From positions 38,732,860-38,772,463 of the forward strand of contig NC_068992.1 of assembly GCF_001194135.2 (NCBI RefSeq): 39,604 nucleotides of DNA, written 5' to 3'. Positions 11,388 through 22,436 of the stretch are shown one piece after another. Source of the DNA: Octopus bimaculoides. Lineage: Eukaryota. The position numbers and the translations under genes were made by a program. Below the pieces are notes generated by a model. It was not told the DNA's origin, made no database searches, and worked only from the letters and a program-made list of their open reading frames with translations. Position 1 is the first letter of the stretch, and each line of letters opens with the position of its first letter.

Positions 11388-12021
11388 TATTTTTATTATT
11401 TTTATTATTATTACTACTACTACTATTATTGTTGTTGTTGTTGTGTGCGAAAGAAAGATGTGATATTTTATTATCAATGTTAATTTCATTAATTGTTTGT
11501 TTCCCCACACACATTTAAGATGCATTCATCGTTAACCTTTCTCCCAATTAATTTCACACCATGTTATTTTAGTTATCTTCTTGCTTAGGTGTACTCTAGT
11601 TTATCTTCATTAATTTGCTTTACATACATTCGTCTTTACAGACAATAAAAGGGAGAAAAAAGAATATTTCTTTTAACGAAAGAAAGAATGAATGGGGGAA
11701 ATTGGTACAGAATCACATCTAGACACATCTAACGTTTAAACTGTTACTGAAGCACATCAGATCTCTGTTAAATGTTTAATACATTTTTATATCTTAACTA
11801 GTGATGCATTGACGGAAATAGTTTAACATTCTACATTTTTTTCACAGATCTTTATATTATTGTTGTTGATGTTGTTTTATTAAAGATTGTTAACATATGA
11901 AGTGGGGAGGGTTGTTTTTGAAAACTAATTAATCTGTTATACCCGCCTCGTTAATAAAATCTTCGAGAGGGAGAAAAAAGTGTATAATACATACATTCGT
12001 ATATAATACTCTGTGTGTGTG

Positions 12022-12061
<40 letters not shown>

Positions 12062-12071
12062 NNNNNNNNNN
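12062..12071. other. Assembly gap; other gaps at 27618-27748, 31887-32000, 35414-35651 and 36167-36176
   Basis: Runs of n, mostly inside or next to microsatellites. Confidence 0.97.
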
Positions 12072-12106
<35 letters not shown>

Positions 12107-12721
12107 GGCAGATTCTACTTTCATAATTCTAAGTCTTCTTGTTTGTCTCATGTTTGTTTGTTTGTGAGGTTTGTTACCAGAAACACATCTTCTCTATCAT
12201 CTTCACGTTCATAAACATTTCCCTGAACCTAAAAAACAATCATCCTTCTATCTACCATCAAGGAATGTCAAAACAACTTCACAAGAATCTTAAACTGCGA
12301 GTTCTTTCTCTCATCCCAATCATTTTAAATCATTTCTGTAATATAAGAGACAAGATCAGAAAGAAAGAAAACCAAAATAAAACCCACATCTGATTTATAC
12401 AGAAGAAACATAATTACATAAACCATTCATAGAAATAAAATCTAACTTTACTACACTCAAAATTCTCGAAAACCAAAACATTGACAAGGCATTTTTACAT
12501 TAAAAGATCTCGACATTTTCCCTTCCACTGTTTGTGTTTTCTGTGAATATTGGACGAAATATTTGTATTAATTGCCATCAATGAAGTCCGATATCTTAAA
12601 TTTCTGATGTTTCATTCCTCTCACCTATTATATATATATATATATTTTATTTATACATCAAAAGTTTTTCACTTGAAAATAATTAAAGCCATTTATTCAC
12701 AGTTAATTTCCCTTCCCTCGT

Positions 12722-12756
<35 letters not shown>

Positions 12757-13714
12757 CCATCATAAACAACATCAGCAATAAGTCCGTGGAGCCTAATAAC
12801 TGGCGGCTATTTATTATACAACAGACGGAGCTATAATAATATGTTTGTATGTATATATAATTTACTTTGAATCAACACTTATGTACGTGGCAAATACTTC
12901 GCTTCATTAAAGGTAAGTCATGTAGTGTAATGTAGTTGCCGTAAGGGCGGGTATTTCGTTGGTCTTGTTATATATCTTTCATATGAATATATGTGCATGC
13001 GTACATGTTTTTATATATATATATATATATATATAATACATGCTTATATATATACGTGTATATGTAAGAAAATTAATGAAACGTGGTATACACACATGCG
13101 TACGTAAATATACATACACATGAAAATCAGTGAAGCATGCTATGCTGTATGTAGTATATATATATATATATACATATGTGTGTGTGTGTGTATGCATGCA
13201 TTAAATCGTACACAATTATTTGTGATTTATAGATTCAATGCATTAAATAATTTGCGTACCAAACTACTTGTAGTCAGAGGGAATATATTATTTGATTTAA
13301 AATTTACTGCAATATTTTTACGTCTTCTTATCAAATTTCTTACTAAAACAACATAATACTGATCCAGCGATTATTTACTGCAATATTAACAATTGCCTCA
13401 CATAAACCATACCCTTTTTGTTATTTTTTAATCCTCGCCAAACGAAATTTCATAATAATTTTGTTTAATAATAATTGTAGTACTTAAGTTTCTGTGTTGA
13501 AACCTAAACAAACGTGAAACAGCTAAGCAGATCTAGAGATAATTAATAAAAAATGTTTCCTAGCTCATATAGTCTAATAGTCGCAACATTAAATTATTAA
13601 TTACGTTATGAAAAATGTTATTAATCAGATGAGTAACTTAACCTCTGTGTGTGTGTGTTTTAATCCAGGGTTAGCGTAAAAGTAGTTTCTAATTTAGGAT
13701 TAGAATATAGTAAT

Positions 13715-14200
13715 TTTGAGGGAATGAGGCTGGCCGAAACCATTGATCTCAGTACCTGACAAGTAATGAAAAGCAGAGTTAGCCCGGGCGGGATTGGAAC
13801 TCAAAAGGTAAAATGTCAGAAAATAAGGCAGTGCATAGCATATTAACAAGGAATTTCGATAGTACTTCATCATATCGGCCTCGTAAGGATGAAAGGTAAA
13901 GTTGATTGCAGTGGAATTTGGACTCAAAACTTTAAAAACCGAAATAAGTGCCCCTTAGCATATAATGATAATAGCTTCTGATTTAAGCACAAGGGCAGGA
14001 ATTTGGAGGGGACAGGATAAGTGAATACCATCGCCTTCAGTATTTTGCAGGTACTTCATTTTATCAAGTCCGGAAGAAGGAAGGGCAAAATTGAGCACGG
14101 CGGGATTTGAACGCAGAACGAAAAGAGGAGCCGGAAGAAATACCGCATTGCATTTTGTTCGATGCGCTATCGATTCTGGATCTTCCCCACCCTCTTACAA
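13715..14200 (-). mobile_element. Two tandem SINEs, Nin/Deu-like core family, CpG-retaining
   Basis: Two reverse-complement cores at about 13885-13930 and 14065-14120. Confidence 0.75.
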
Positions 14201-15049
14201 GTGTTTATTGCTTGCCTTCTCTCTAAGTCGTTAATTCCGATATATTTATATATAACTGTAAACTATGGCTTATGTGTTTGGTTTAATTAAAACAGCCACC
14301 AAATGAAACTAGATCTTCCTTAGAACATCAGTAAACCTTAGTTATAACAAACAATATTGATTTGTTAGTGTTTAGCCAAAGGCTGACCTTGATCAACAGC
14401 AAAGTGACTACAAGTGTTTCCACCATGACCAATCTATCTCGTCTTTCATGCATTTTTGTCTAACATTTACATCCTATATATATCCATATGAAACTAATAT
14501 CTTTAGTTTTTCACTGAAGCACTGGATATAACCGGAAAACTTGGATGATAACATCCCTTTAAGAGGATTTGATGTTATTATATAAATATATAAGACTGTT
14601 GTTCGGTGTCATTTAAGCAAATTGTGGCTCCTGTTTTTAGTAGCCACTACGACCATTTAAAGGCTTCTCAATTGATTTACTTTGATTAGATACAAGGTGC
14701 ATTCTTCTTTATAGAACAGAAGCATAACTAATTTAAATCGGTCCAGTATATATATAATCTGCCTATATATATAGGCAGATATTTTATCGACTCGTGTGAG
14801 TACAAACTTCAGAATATTCCGTTATCTCAACAATCCTCAGTAACAATCAATATTATTTATATATAACATCGCACTTTTCGTTTCCACATCTTGGTACTTA
14901 AATCTCATACTTTAAAAACCATTGATTGTCTGCATTGACAACAACAAAAATCAATTAGTAAAATCGAATAAACATGTACAGCTTGAGGGAGAACCCAGAT
15001 GAATTCCAGTATTTAAAAATAACAGTGACCCACACACATACACTTTAGC

Positions 15050-15700
15050 CTAAGAAGAAATAGCAAGTACACTCATACTTGTCTCTCTACGGATTTATTA
15101 AATCTTCTTAACCTTGTTTTTTTTTAATATAAAGTCAGCAACCACTGCTCGGGCGTAGTCAGACGTCAATAAAACGAGAATCCAACGTAAAGACATGTTT
15201 CTTAAACATCTCAAATAAGATAGTAATAATTTTTTAATTATTTTCCGAAAGATATGAAAATTAAACCAGAGATTATCAATTCTGTTCAATATAGTATATC
15301 TTCTCTTGTATGTTTGTATCAACGATAAAATTATTAAACACTATATCTCTTCTACGTCCTTTCTACCTGTTGGTATTGCTAATTATTAAATTTTCCACAT
15401 CACAAACTGGTTTTTCTTTTCTCTTCTTTCCCGACATACGATACAACTGCATTCTTTAAATAAAAAGTGTGTTACGTGTTAACTAACCGTAGACTTAAAT
15501 AATTAATCCCACACAGTTTATGTTTCTCATCAATAAGACCTGGTATTTTATTTCGTCGTTTACATTTTCCTACGTCACATTTCGATAACAGAAATAATAT
15601 AGAGATTTATCAAGCTTATATTTTGGCTGCTTAATTTCAAGCGAACGAAACTTAGCCATAAAAATGCGTTGGTAATTTTATTGCCTTTCTAGGCAATATA
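15050..15700. promoter_or_regulatory. Candidate CpG-retaining promoter / first-exon region, possibly bidirectional
   Basis: Unique CpG-bearing sequence with CRE-like gacgtca and acgtca. On -: aaacATG at 15196 with donors near 15112 and 15078. On +: aaaATG at 15664 with donor TG|gtaatt at 15672. Confidence 0.3.
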
Positions 15701-16259
15701 TTTTAGAGTTTACAACACGTTAACTGGACTAAATTTTGTAGGCATGTAAATATAAAGAGATAGTCTCGCTTTTAAGTTCAAATTGGTCCCTATGCATGCA
15801 TTTGTCTATATTTTTGTATTGTATATGTATATATGCATTCGTCGTTGAGTTCCCGAAGAGCTAATTCTTGTATTTAGGTGATTCTTTTGTCCTTATCTTT
15901 CAATTAACAATTTTAGCTTCGTTAATGGATTTCCTAATTAGCTCGATACTATACTGCTTCACTGTGTTCGAATTTCACTGTGGGTCGACTTTTTATCTTT
16001 GATAAACTGCCGCCACAAAACATTGAATTATTCACCTTAAAAATCAATTAACTGAAAAAGAAATAACAAAATCAAAATAAATAATAAGCGACCATTTTTT
16101 TTAATGAGCGAAAACCCCAGCTCGTTAGGGAACTAAAAAAAAAACCCAACGAAATATGACAATAAAAAAAATAGGACTATTAAAAGTCCTTTGAATGGAG
16201 ACCTCGATAATCAAGGATACCCTATAACTCTTTATATTATAAACGAACTGTTCTAATTG

Positions 16260-16700
16260 CATATCGATATATATATATATACACTCGTATGTGTGTATAT
16301 GTATATATATATACACACACGCGCATGTGTGTATATATATATACACACGTATGTGTGTATATGCATATCTACACGTTTATATATATATATACATACAGAC
16401 GTGTTTATATATGTACACACGTATGTGTATATATATACATACATGTATATGTATATATATATATATATACACATGTATATGTATATATATACACGCGTAT
16501 ATGTATATACACACGTATGTGTATGTATATATGTATATGCACACGTATGTGTATATATATATATATACTCATACGTATGTGCGTATATACATACGTATTT
16601 GTATATATATATGGACGTGTGTGTGTAATATATATACACGTGTATATATATATATATACACTCGTATGTGTGTATATATATAGAGAGAGAGAGAGACGTA
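16260..16700. repeat. Complex (AT)/(AC)/(GT) purine-pyrimidine alternating array
   Basis: Direct reading. Recurrent subunit atatatatacacacgtatgtgt. Confidence 0.95.
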
Positions 16701-17263
16701 TGTGTGTAATCACGTTAGTTAATTACCTATGTACTGGATTTTCACTGTACAGGTGTAACAGTTCGGCAGTTATCTGCCCTTACTAACTAAAGAGAAACGA
16801 AGTGCGGTCTTTGGATGGATTTATCTTTATCTTTGTATCTTGGGTGGTTTTTATCTTAGACAAATGTATTTTTATATACAATGGAGATTATAAAATCGTA
16901 CCAAGAATATTCACATCTGTTTCTGTTATTAAGTCTCAATTATTTTAGACTTTTTTTGTCGAAACGCATCTAATTAATATTTAACTTTTAATAAGTTTTC
17001 GATGTCCCAATTCAAGACATGGTATTTTTTATTAGAGCCATATTCTTTGTAAATGTAAGTTAATGATTCATCGTCATAAACGGTCATTGCGTGAGTTCTT
17101 TCTATTATCCTTGAGTACTAGCAGAATACAAAAGTCGAAGAGATCAAGACTACTTTGGATGGGTTCTCAAAGAGTGATAGGGTAAACCATTGGAGTACGC
17201 CATTCGAAGGAAACAAGTTCAGAAAGTATTGCTTTTTGTACATTATTATATAGGTCTGGGAAA

Positions 17264-17476
17264 ACGACGTGCTGGCAGAATTGTTACCATGTCGGACAAA
17301 ATGTTTAGGTGGTATTTCTTTCGACTTTACGTTCTGAGTTCAAACACCTCCAAAGTCGACTTTACCGTTCTTCCTTTCGGGGTCGACAAAATACATAGAA
17401 CTTGAGCACTGGGGTCGATGTAATCGACTAACCCCACTCCAAAGATTGCAGACCTGTGCCTATAGTAGAAAAGATT
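17264..17476 (+). mobile_element. SINE, Nin/Deu-like core family
   Basis: gtgctggcagaattgttacc head, core gtcgactttaccgttcttcctttcggggtcgac, tail agtagaaaagatt. Confidence 0.85.
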
Positions 17477-17552
17477 ATATAGTCTTGGAAGTCCAACGGG
17501 TAGTTCGCTAACCAGTGTTTTCTGTTAAGGTGGTGTCTGGTGTTTTCACAGT

Positions 17553-17926
17553 GGAGGCGCAATGGCCTAGTGGTTAGGGCAGCGGACTCGCGGTCATAGG
17601 ATCGCGGTTTCGATTCCCAGACCGGACGTTGTGAGTGTTTATTGAGCGGAAACACCTAAAGCTCCACAAGGCTCCTGCAGGGGATGGTGGTGAACCCTGC
17701 TGTACTCTTGCACCACAACTTTCTCTCACTCTTACTTCCTGTTTCTGTTGTGCCTGTAATTCAAAGGGTCAGCCGTGTCACGCTGAATATCCCCGAGAAC
17801 TACGTTAAGGGCACACGTGTCTGTGGAGTGCTCAGCCACTTGCACGTTAATTTCACGAGCAGGCTGTTCCGTTGATTGGATCAATTGGAACCCTCGACGT
17901 CGTAAGCGACGGAGTGCCAACAACAA
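17553..17926 (+). mobile_element. Well-preserved tRNA-derived SINE with 13-bp TSD
   Basis: A-box ggcctagtggttagg, B-box ggtttcgattccc and a (CAA)n tail. TSD gtgttttcacagt at 17540-17552 and 17927-17939. Confidence 0.92.
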
Positions 17927-19699
17927 GTGTTTTCACAGTATGAGGAGTTTGCTATTGTCAATAATAAATCGTTAGAATATTACGTGGATGAGTTCTGTGT
18001 TGTTCTTTGAATAATTTGGTGCTCCGAATCTTTTGTGATTTGGAGAAGTTGGAGTTAGTTATGTTAGGGATTAACCTTATAATATATGAGACTGTACGTA
18101 GGTGATGGGTTTGTATGATGCCCACTTACAATTTCTGGGTATTTTCCAGTATGTTACCAGTGCAGTGATTCCTTCCGACCTGTGTGTTTTAGGTATAAAT
18201 TTGGCTCTATCGTTTTTAGATTCCCCTGTTGTCTTTTGGATGTCTGGTAGAAGGAAAGTGTCTAGGTAGAAGGTATTTTTCATTCTATGTTCTTATCTTT
18301 TTAGTGTATTTGGGGTTTTCTTCTTTTTTTTTTTTACCTAATTTTTATGAAAAAGACTGTATTTGGTGTTGCAGTGCAGATGTATATTACTTGAGATTGT
18401 CGTTATATACGAGGTGTGATGTGACCATTGTTATTGCTAAACGTTTTGTTGGTTTTGTGCTTCATGCTGAATATAAATATTTGCCTTCTTTTTTCCTGTT
18501 TTCTAAGGTTGCTATTATTATTGCCCCTATTCTTTTTGTTGAGTTCTGTTTCAGTTATTTGTGGTTTTGGTGTATCATTTGAGGAAGTCTCTGGTTGTTA
18601 TGGCTATTTCCGTTGTCTAACCACAATTACATTCTTATGTCGCCTTCGAGAATATACTTATTTTATTTATTTATTTCAGATCTGTCTATAATAATATTGT
18701 TGAATGTACAGTAATGTCTACGTTGGCTGTTGGACTGTTGATCCCTCTTTCTTGATAGATCTCTTTCCATTGTAATTCTTTTGAAGTTTGTAAGATTATT
18801 TTAACTTTCTTCATTGACGTGCGAGGCTGTTCTCAGGTTAATTAGTCTGAGAAAAAACTGGAGAATCGTTTGGCAAATGATTGTAGTAGCGAGATGGAAG
18901 ATCAGAAGGTGAAGCTTGAAGAACATGCATCTGTGTGCTTGTGTGAATGCTTTAAGATATAAAGGGAGTTCGGTTCTGAGGATATTGTCATCTCTCTTAT
19001 TAACTGTGCTATTTCAAAACCAGGTGTTACGCGATTAGAAGATGATGTTTTGTGGAGATGTTAAAATGTTATTGCTGTTCATATAGTTGGTGAGGGTGGT
19101 AGTGTGTGTGTGTGTGTGTTTATTACATTAACGTACTTAACGTTGCTCTTTTATATTTCGAAAGCTTGTACATCTGTTGTGTAGAATCGTTCTTGATTAG
19201 TTTACGAATGTATTTATATACTGAATGCAAGTTTTTATGTGTGTTGTAAGACCTCCCTTATTGTAAAAGATCTATCTAGTCTGATTTGAGTATAATTTGG
19301 AATGGTGATTGTTCTGTTAATTAGAATGTTTCCTCAGTTGTTCTTTATATTAACACTCCTCGTTGTTTATAATTAGTTTCATTGATTTTTTTTTCTATTT
19401 GCTTAATTTGCATATGCTACAAATACTTGTTCATGCTTATGTGAATGAATAAAACAAAAGTGAAAGTTAAACCATGGAAATAAATCTAGTCAGGACTTGA
19501 GGCAATACTCATAAAAAATGGGGTAGAGGGTAGATTTCTAGATTGGTGAAATCGGTGTGGCTAATCTACAACCAGAACATCTGCGGGGAGAACAAAGTGG
19601 TGGAGATCTGAATTAAACTCAGCTGAAAGATGGACAGCTAGGGCTGTCATTGGTTTTTAAATGGTAGAATTTTACAGAAGCTCAATAATAATTCTTTCA

Positions 19700-20120
19700 A
19701 CTAAGGACGGAAATGGTGGGGAGTTCTAGCCATGTACATTGACCATCCAGTGCTCAGCTGATACTTATTTCATTGACACCAAAAGACAGAATGGCAAAGT
19801 CAACCTTGGTAGAATTTGTACTCAGAACATAAAGATCGATGAAATAATGCTCAGCATCTTGTGTGACATACTGCCGGCTCACTGCCTTAGATTTAAGTAA
19901 TATTGATTTCAATTTTTGGCACAAGGCCAGCAAGTTCAGGAGTGGGGATAAGTTGATTACATCAACTCCAATGCATAACTGGTACTTATTTTATTGACTC
20001 TGAAAGGCAAAGTCGACCTTGGTGGAAGTTGAACCCTAACCCTAACTAAGAACATAAAGACAAACAAAATGTCATTGAGCATTTTACCCAGCCTGCTAAT
20101 AATTCTACCAGCTCACTGCC
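19700..20120 (-). mobile_element. Two tandem SINEs, Nin/Deu-like core family; the second is flanked by an 18-bp direct repeat
   Basis: Two cores. ttagatttaagtaatatt occurs at 19887-19904 and 20121-20138. Confidence 0.85.
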
Positions 20121-21542
20121 TTAGATTTAAGTAATATTCACACCTGTTTGCTAAAGTTTTCTTCCCTCATCAGATGTGTAGTGAGTTTTAATTTTAATTA
20201 AGATTTTAAAGGTGTTTTCTCCACCTACCTGCATTGAACTAATGTTTTCTTGTCATTACATTAAGTACATTAGAACTGCCTTTACCATGATGGTAGACTA
20301 AGTTCATTCGTCTGTTTTAGTGCACAGCACCATCATTTCTTTAAACTCTCACCTTTTTACACTCCACATTCTTAGTTTCAACACTTTTAAATCTGATGGT
20401 GAATATTTTAAAGGAGTGATCTAGAATGATCTAGAAAGGAAGTCTGGTTTGATGTTGATGCAATAAAAAGAAAAATAAAGAAAAAATTATAAAGATTTAT
20501 AAAAGAAATGTTTTGCCACATGCTACCCAGATTCCTAATGCTATCAAGATTCTGTTTGTTTTTGCCAAAGAAGAAGAAAAAGAAAAAAGAAGATACTCTT
20601 AATAGTGTATAGCAGATGGGGGGAGGTGATGAGGGAAAGAACATTTTTAGTGACTCAGCTTTGGGGAAATGATTAGATTTATTTGGAAAAGAGAAGTTGC
20701 ACATTGAAAGATAATTATGTTTTGTTGCTATCATGAAATGAAACACCTGGAGGTTTGGTTATTATCAACGAGATATGCTGTCATGCAAGTTAGGTTGTTG
20801 TTAGTATGTTTAGGGAAATGTAATCTTGTGGGATTGTTGATTTTTTTTTTTAAAGATAATTACATGAAGAAACTAGTTTAATTTATTAACAAATATTTAA
20901 ATGAAGAAATTAAGTTGAAGTGAAAAATAAAAAAGTAGAAGCTTGTGTCGCAATCACATGGTTACAGGTTCAAGATGTAACACAGTGGGACTGAACCTGT
21001 AACCATCTGGTTGGGAAGCAAACTTCTTAACACACAGCCACCCCTGCTAACTGCATCAATTAGTATTTAACATTTATGACTACTAGAAGTTGTTACTCGT
21101 GTAAATTCCTCCAGTGAGTAATTTCGTGATTGCTTCACTGGATGATAATATTATATGGAGCCTGTGGAGGAATTCCAACCACGTTTCATGGTTTGCTACC
21201 CCAACAGCTCCTTTATAGGATCCACTGGCTAAAGACATCATCAAGAGGAACCACACATCCAATTTCAGCCCCTACTCCTCTACCGTTTTCAATGTGGCAT
21301 GTCTCCCCCCCCCCTTTCGGATGGGTCTTCAGCTCTGGTGTTGAGTGCATTTCTTCTTGCTTTTTTCTTCTGTTCCCTGGCCTCTTCGATGCAGCGTCAA
21401 CAAGTGTCAGCAGGCGACTGACTATCCTACCAAATTTCCCTTTAAATACTGGATTATTTGTAATAATTATAACAAGGAAGAATATGGAGACTGGTACAAG
21501 GAAATAAATTTTGAGGATGTACCAGGATTGTTTTAATTATTG

Positions 21543-21590
<48 letters not shown>

Positions 21591-21649
21591 TATATATTAT
21601 AATGGAATAATTACTATGAAGCATTGTGTAGAATATATTGTATAAAGGA

Positions 21650-22138
21650 TCGTGGGTAAGGTCAGAACAATGCGAAGTAAATGCAAGGTAGATCACAAGA
21701 AAACAAATATGTGAATTAACGTAGACTTACCTTGTATTCAATATTTCGGGGTTATGACCCCATTTTCAAGAAATTGATGAATGTTGCCAATGTGTGTGAG
21801 CATATGTGGAGTGTTGCTATAGAAACCAGCTAGCTTCCTGTAACTCCCTTCTATTGTTGATCTTTTTGTGTATGAGGATGGCCTCAAAGATTCTAAGGTT
21901 GCCCCTATTCCACTGATGCTTTGATGTGCACTGTGAATTCCCAGGTCTGGCATTTCCATAGATGTTTCTTCATGGAAGCGTCTGCCTGCATATGTTCCTT
22001 AATGCGTACATGCAGTTTTCTTGTCATGCTTCCAATGTAGGATGTACCACATTTTCCACAGATGATCTCATATACAACATAGGTCCTCTGGCACAATTTA
22101 GGGTCATTGATGGGGCAGTTTGACAATGTGCACTCCTC
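21650..22138 (-). mobile_element. Penelope-like element 3' end: GIY-YIG endonuclease fragment plus terminal-repeat remnant
   Basis: CQRTYVVYEIICGKCGTSYIGSMTRKLHVRIKEH, then LRIFEAILIHKKINNRRE in a shifted frame. This is the PLE GIY-YIG pattern VVYxIxCxxCxxxYIGxTxRxLxxRIxEH. Confidence 0.88.
21734..21770 (-). ncRNA. Degenerate minimal hammerhead-ribozyme motif in a Penelope terminal repeat
   Basis: Minus strand reads TTGAAAA-T-GGGGT-CATA-ACCCC-GAAA-TATT-G-AATA-C. Stem II has 5 bp and stem III 4 bp. The core differs from CTGAAGA by two transitions. Confidence 0.5.
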
Positions 22139-22159
22139 ATATATATATATATATACATA

Positions 22160-22410
22160 CAGGGTGCAGTGAATAAACTGTTGCCTAAATTATTTAAAAA
22201 TGAAAATAATATTGACTTCTCATTTTAACAGATATATTTACCAAAATTACCTAAAAATATCTTGAAATACTAAATAGTAAATTTATTCAATAAAATCGCC
22301 ATTGGCTTCAACCACGGCCTCCAGATGACTTTGGAATATCCTGCATCTCTTCTGGACAGTCTCATTGTTTAAGTTGGTGAATGCTTCCATAATCCTTGTC
22401 TTCATTCTAT
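22160..22410 (-). mobile_element. Tc1/mariner-superfamily 3' end (TIR plus transposase C-terminus)
   Basis: TA followed by CAGGGTG TIR start at 22158-22166. Minus strand encodes MKTRIMEAFTNLNNETVQERCRIFQSHLEAVVEANGDFIE* (stop at 22283-22285). Confidence 0.8.
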
Positions 22411-22436
22411 GAGGAGTATAATATTGCTATAGAGAG

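Larger units (their letters stand above)
16130..19400 (-). mobile_element. Possible very old Penelope-like RT relic, interrupted by SINEs and a microsatellite
   Basis: The minus strand is A/C-rich, like a retroelement sense strand. Isolated motif-like remnants occur in plausible order: KFIPKTH about 18.2 kb, YDDE 17067-17078, VYKNT about 16.87 kb, GYP 16214-16222. No continuous frame. Confidence 0.3.

Noticed and set aside
16253-16786. Stacked 100-165 aa Y/I/C/V/H/T-rich ORFs (also 26201-26577)
   Set aside because: Dinucleotide microsatellites lack stop codons in several frames.
17553-17630. tRNA-like A/B boxes (also 95-170 and 39425-39490)
   Set aside because: These are SINE heads continuing into SINE bodies, with no acceptor-stem closure; not tRNA genes.
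20161-20200. CTGATGA...GAAA on - (also CTGATGA at about 26666)
   Set aside because: No stem II can form between the motifs, so not a hammerhead.
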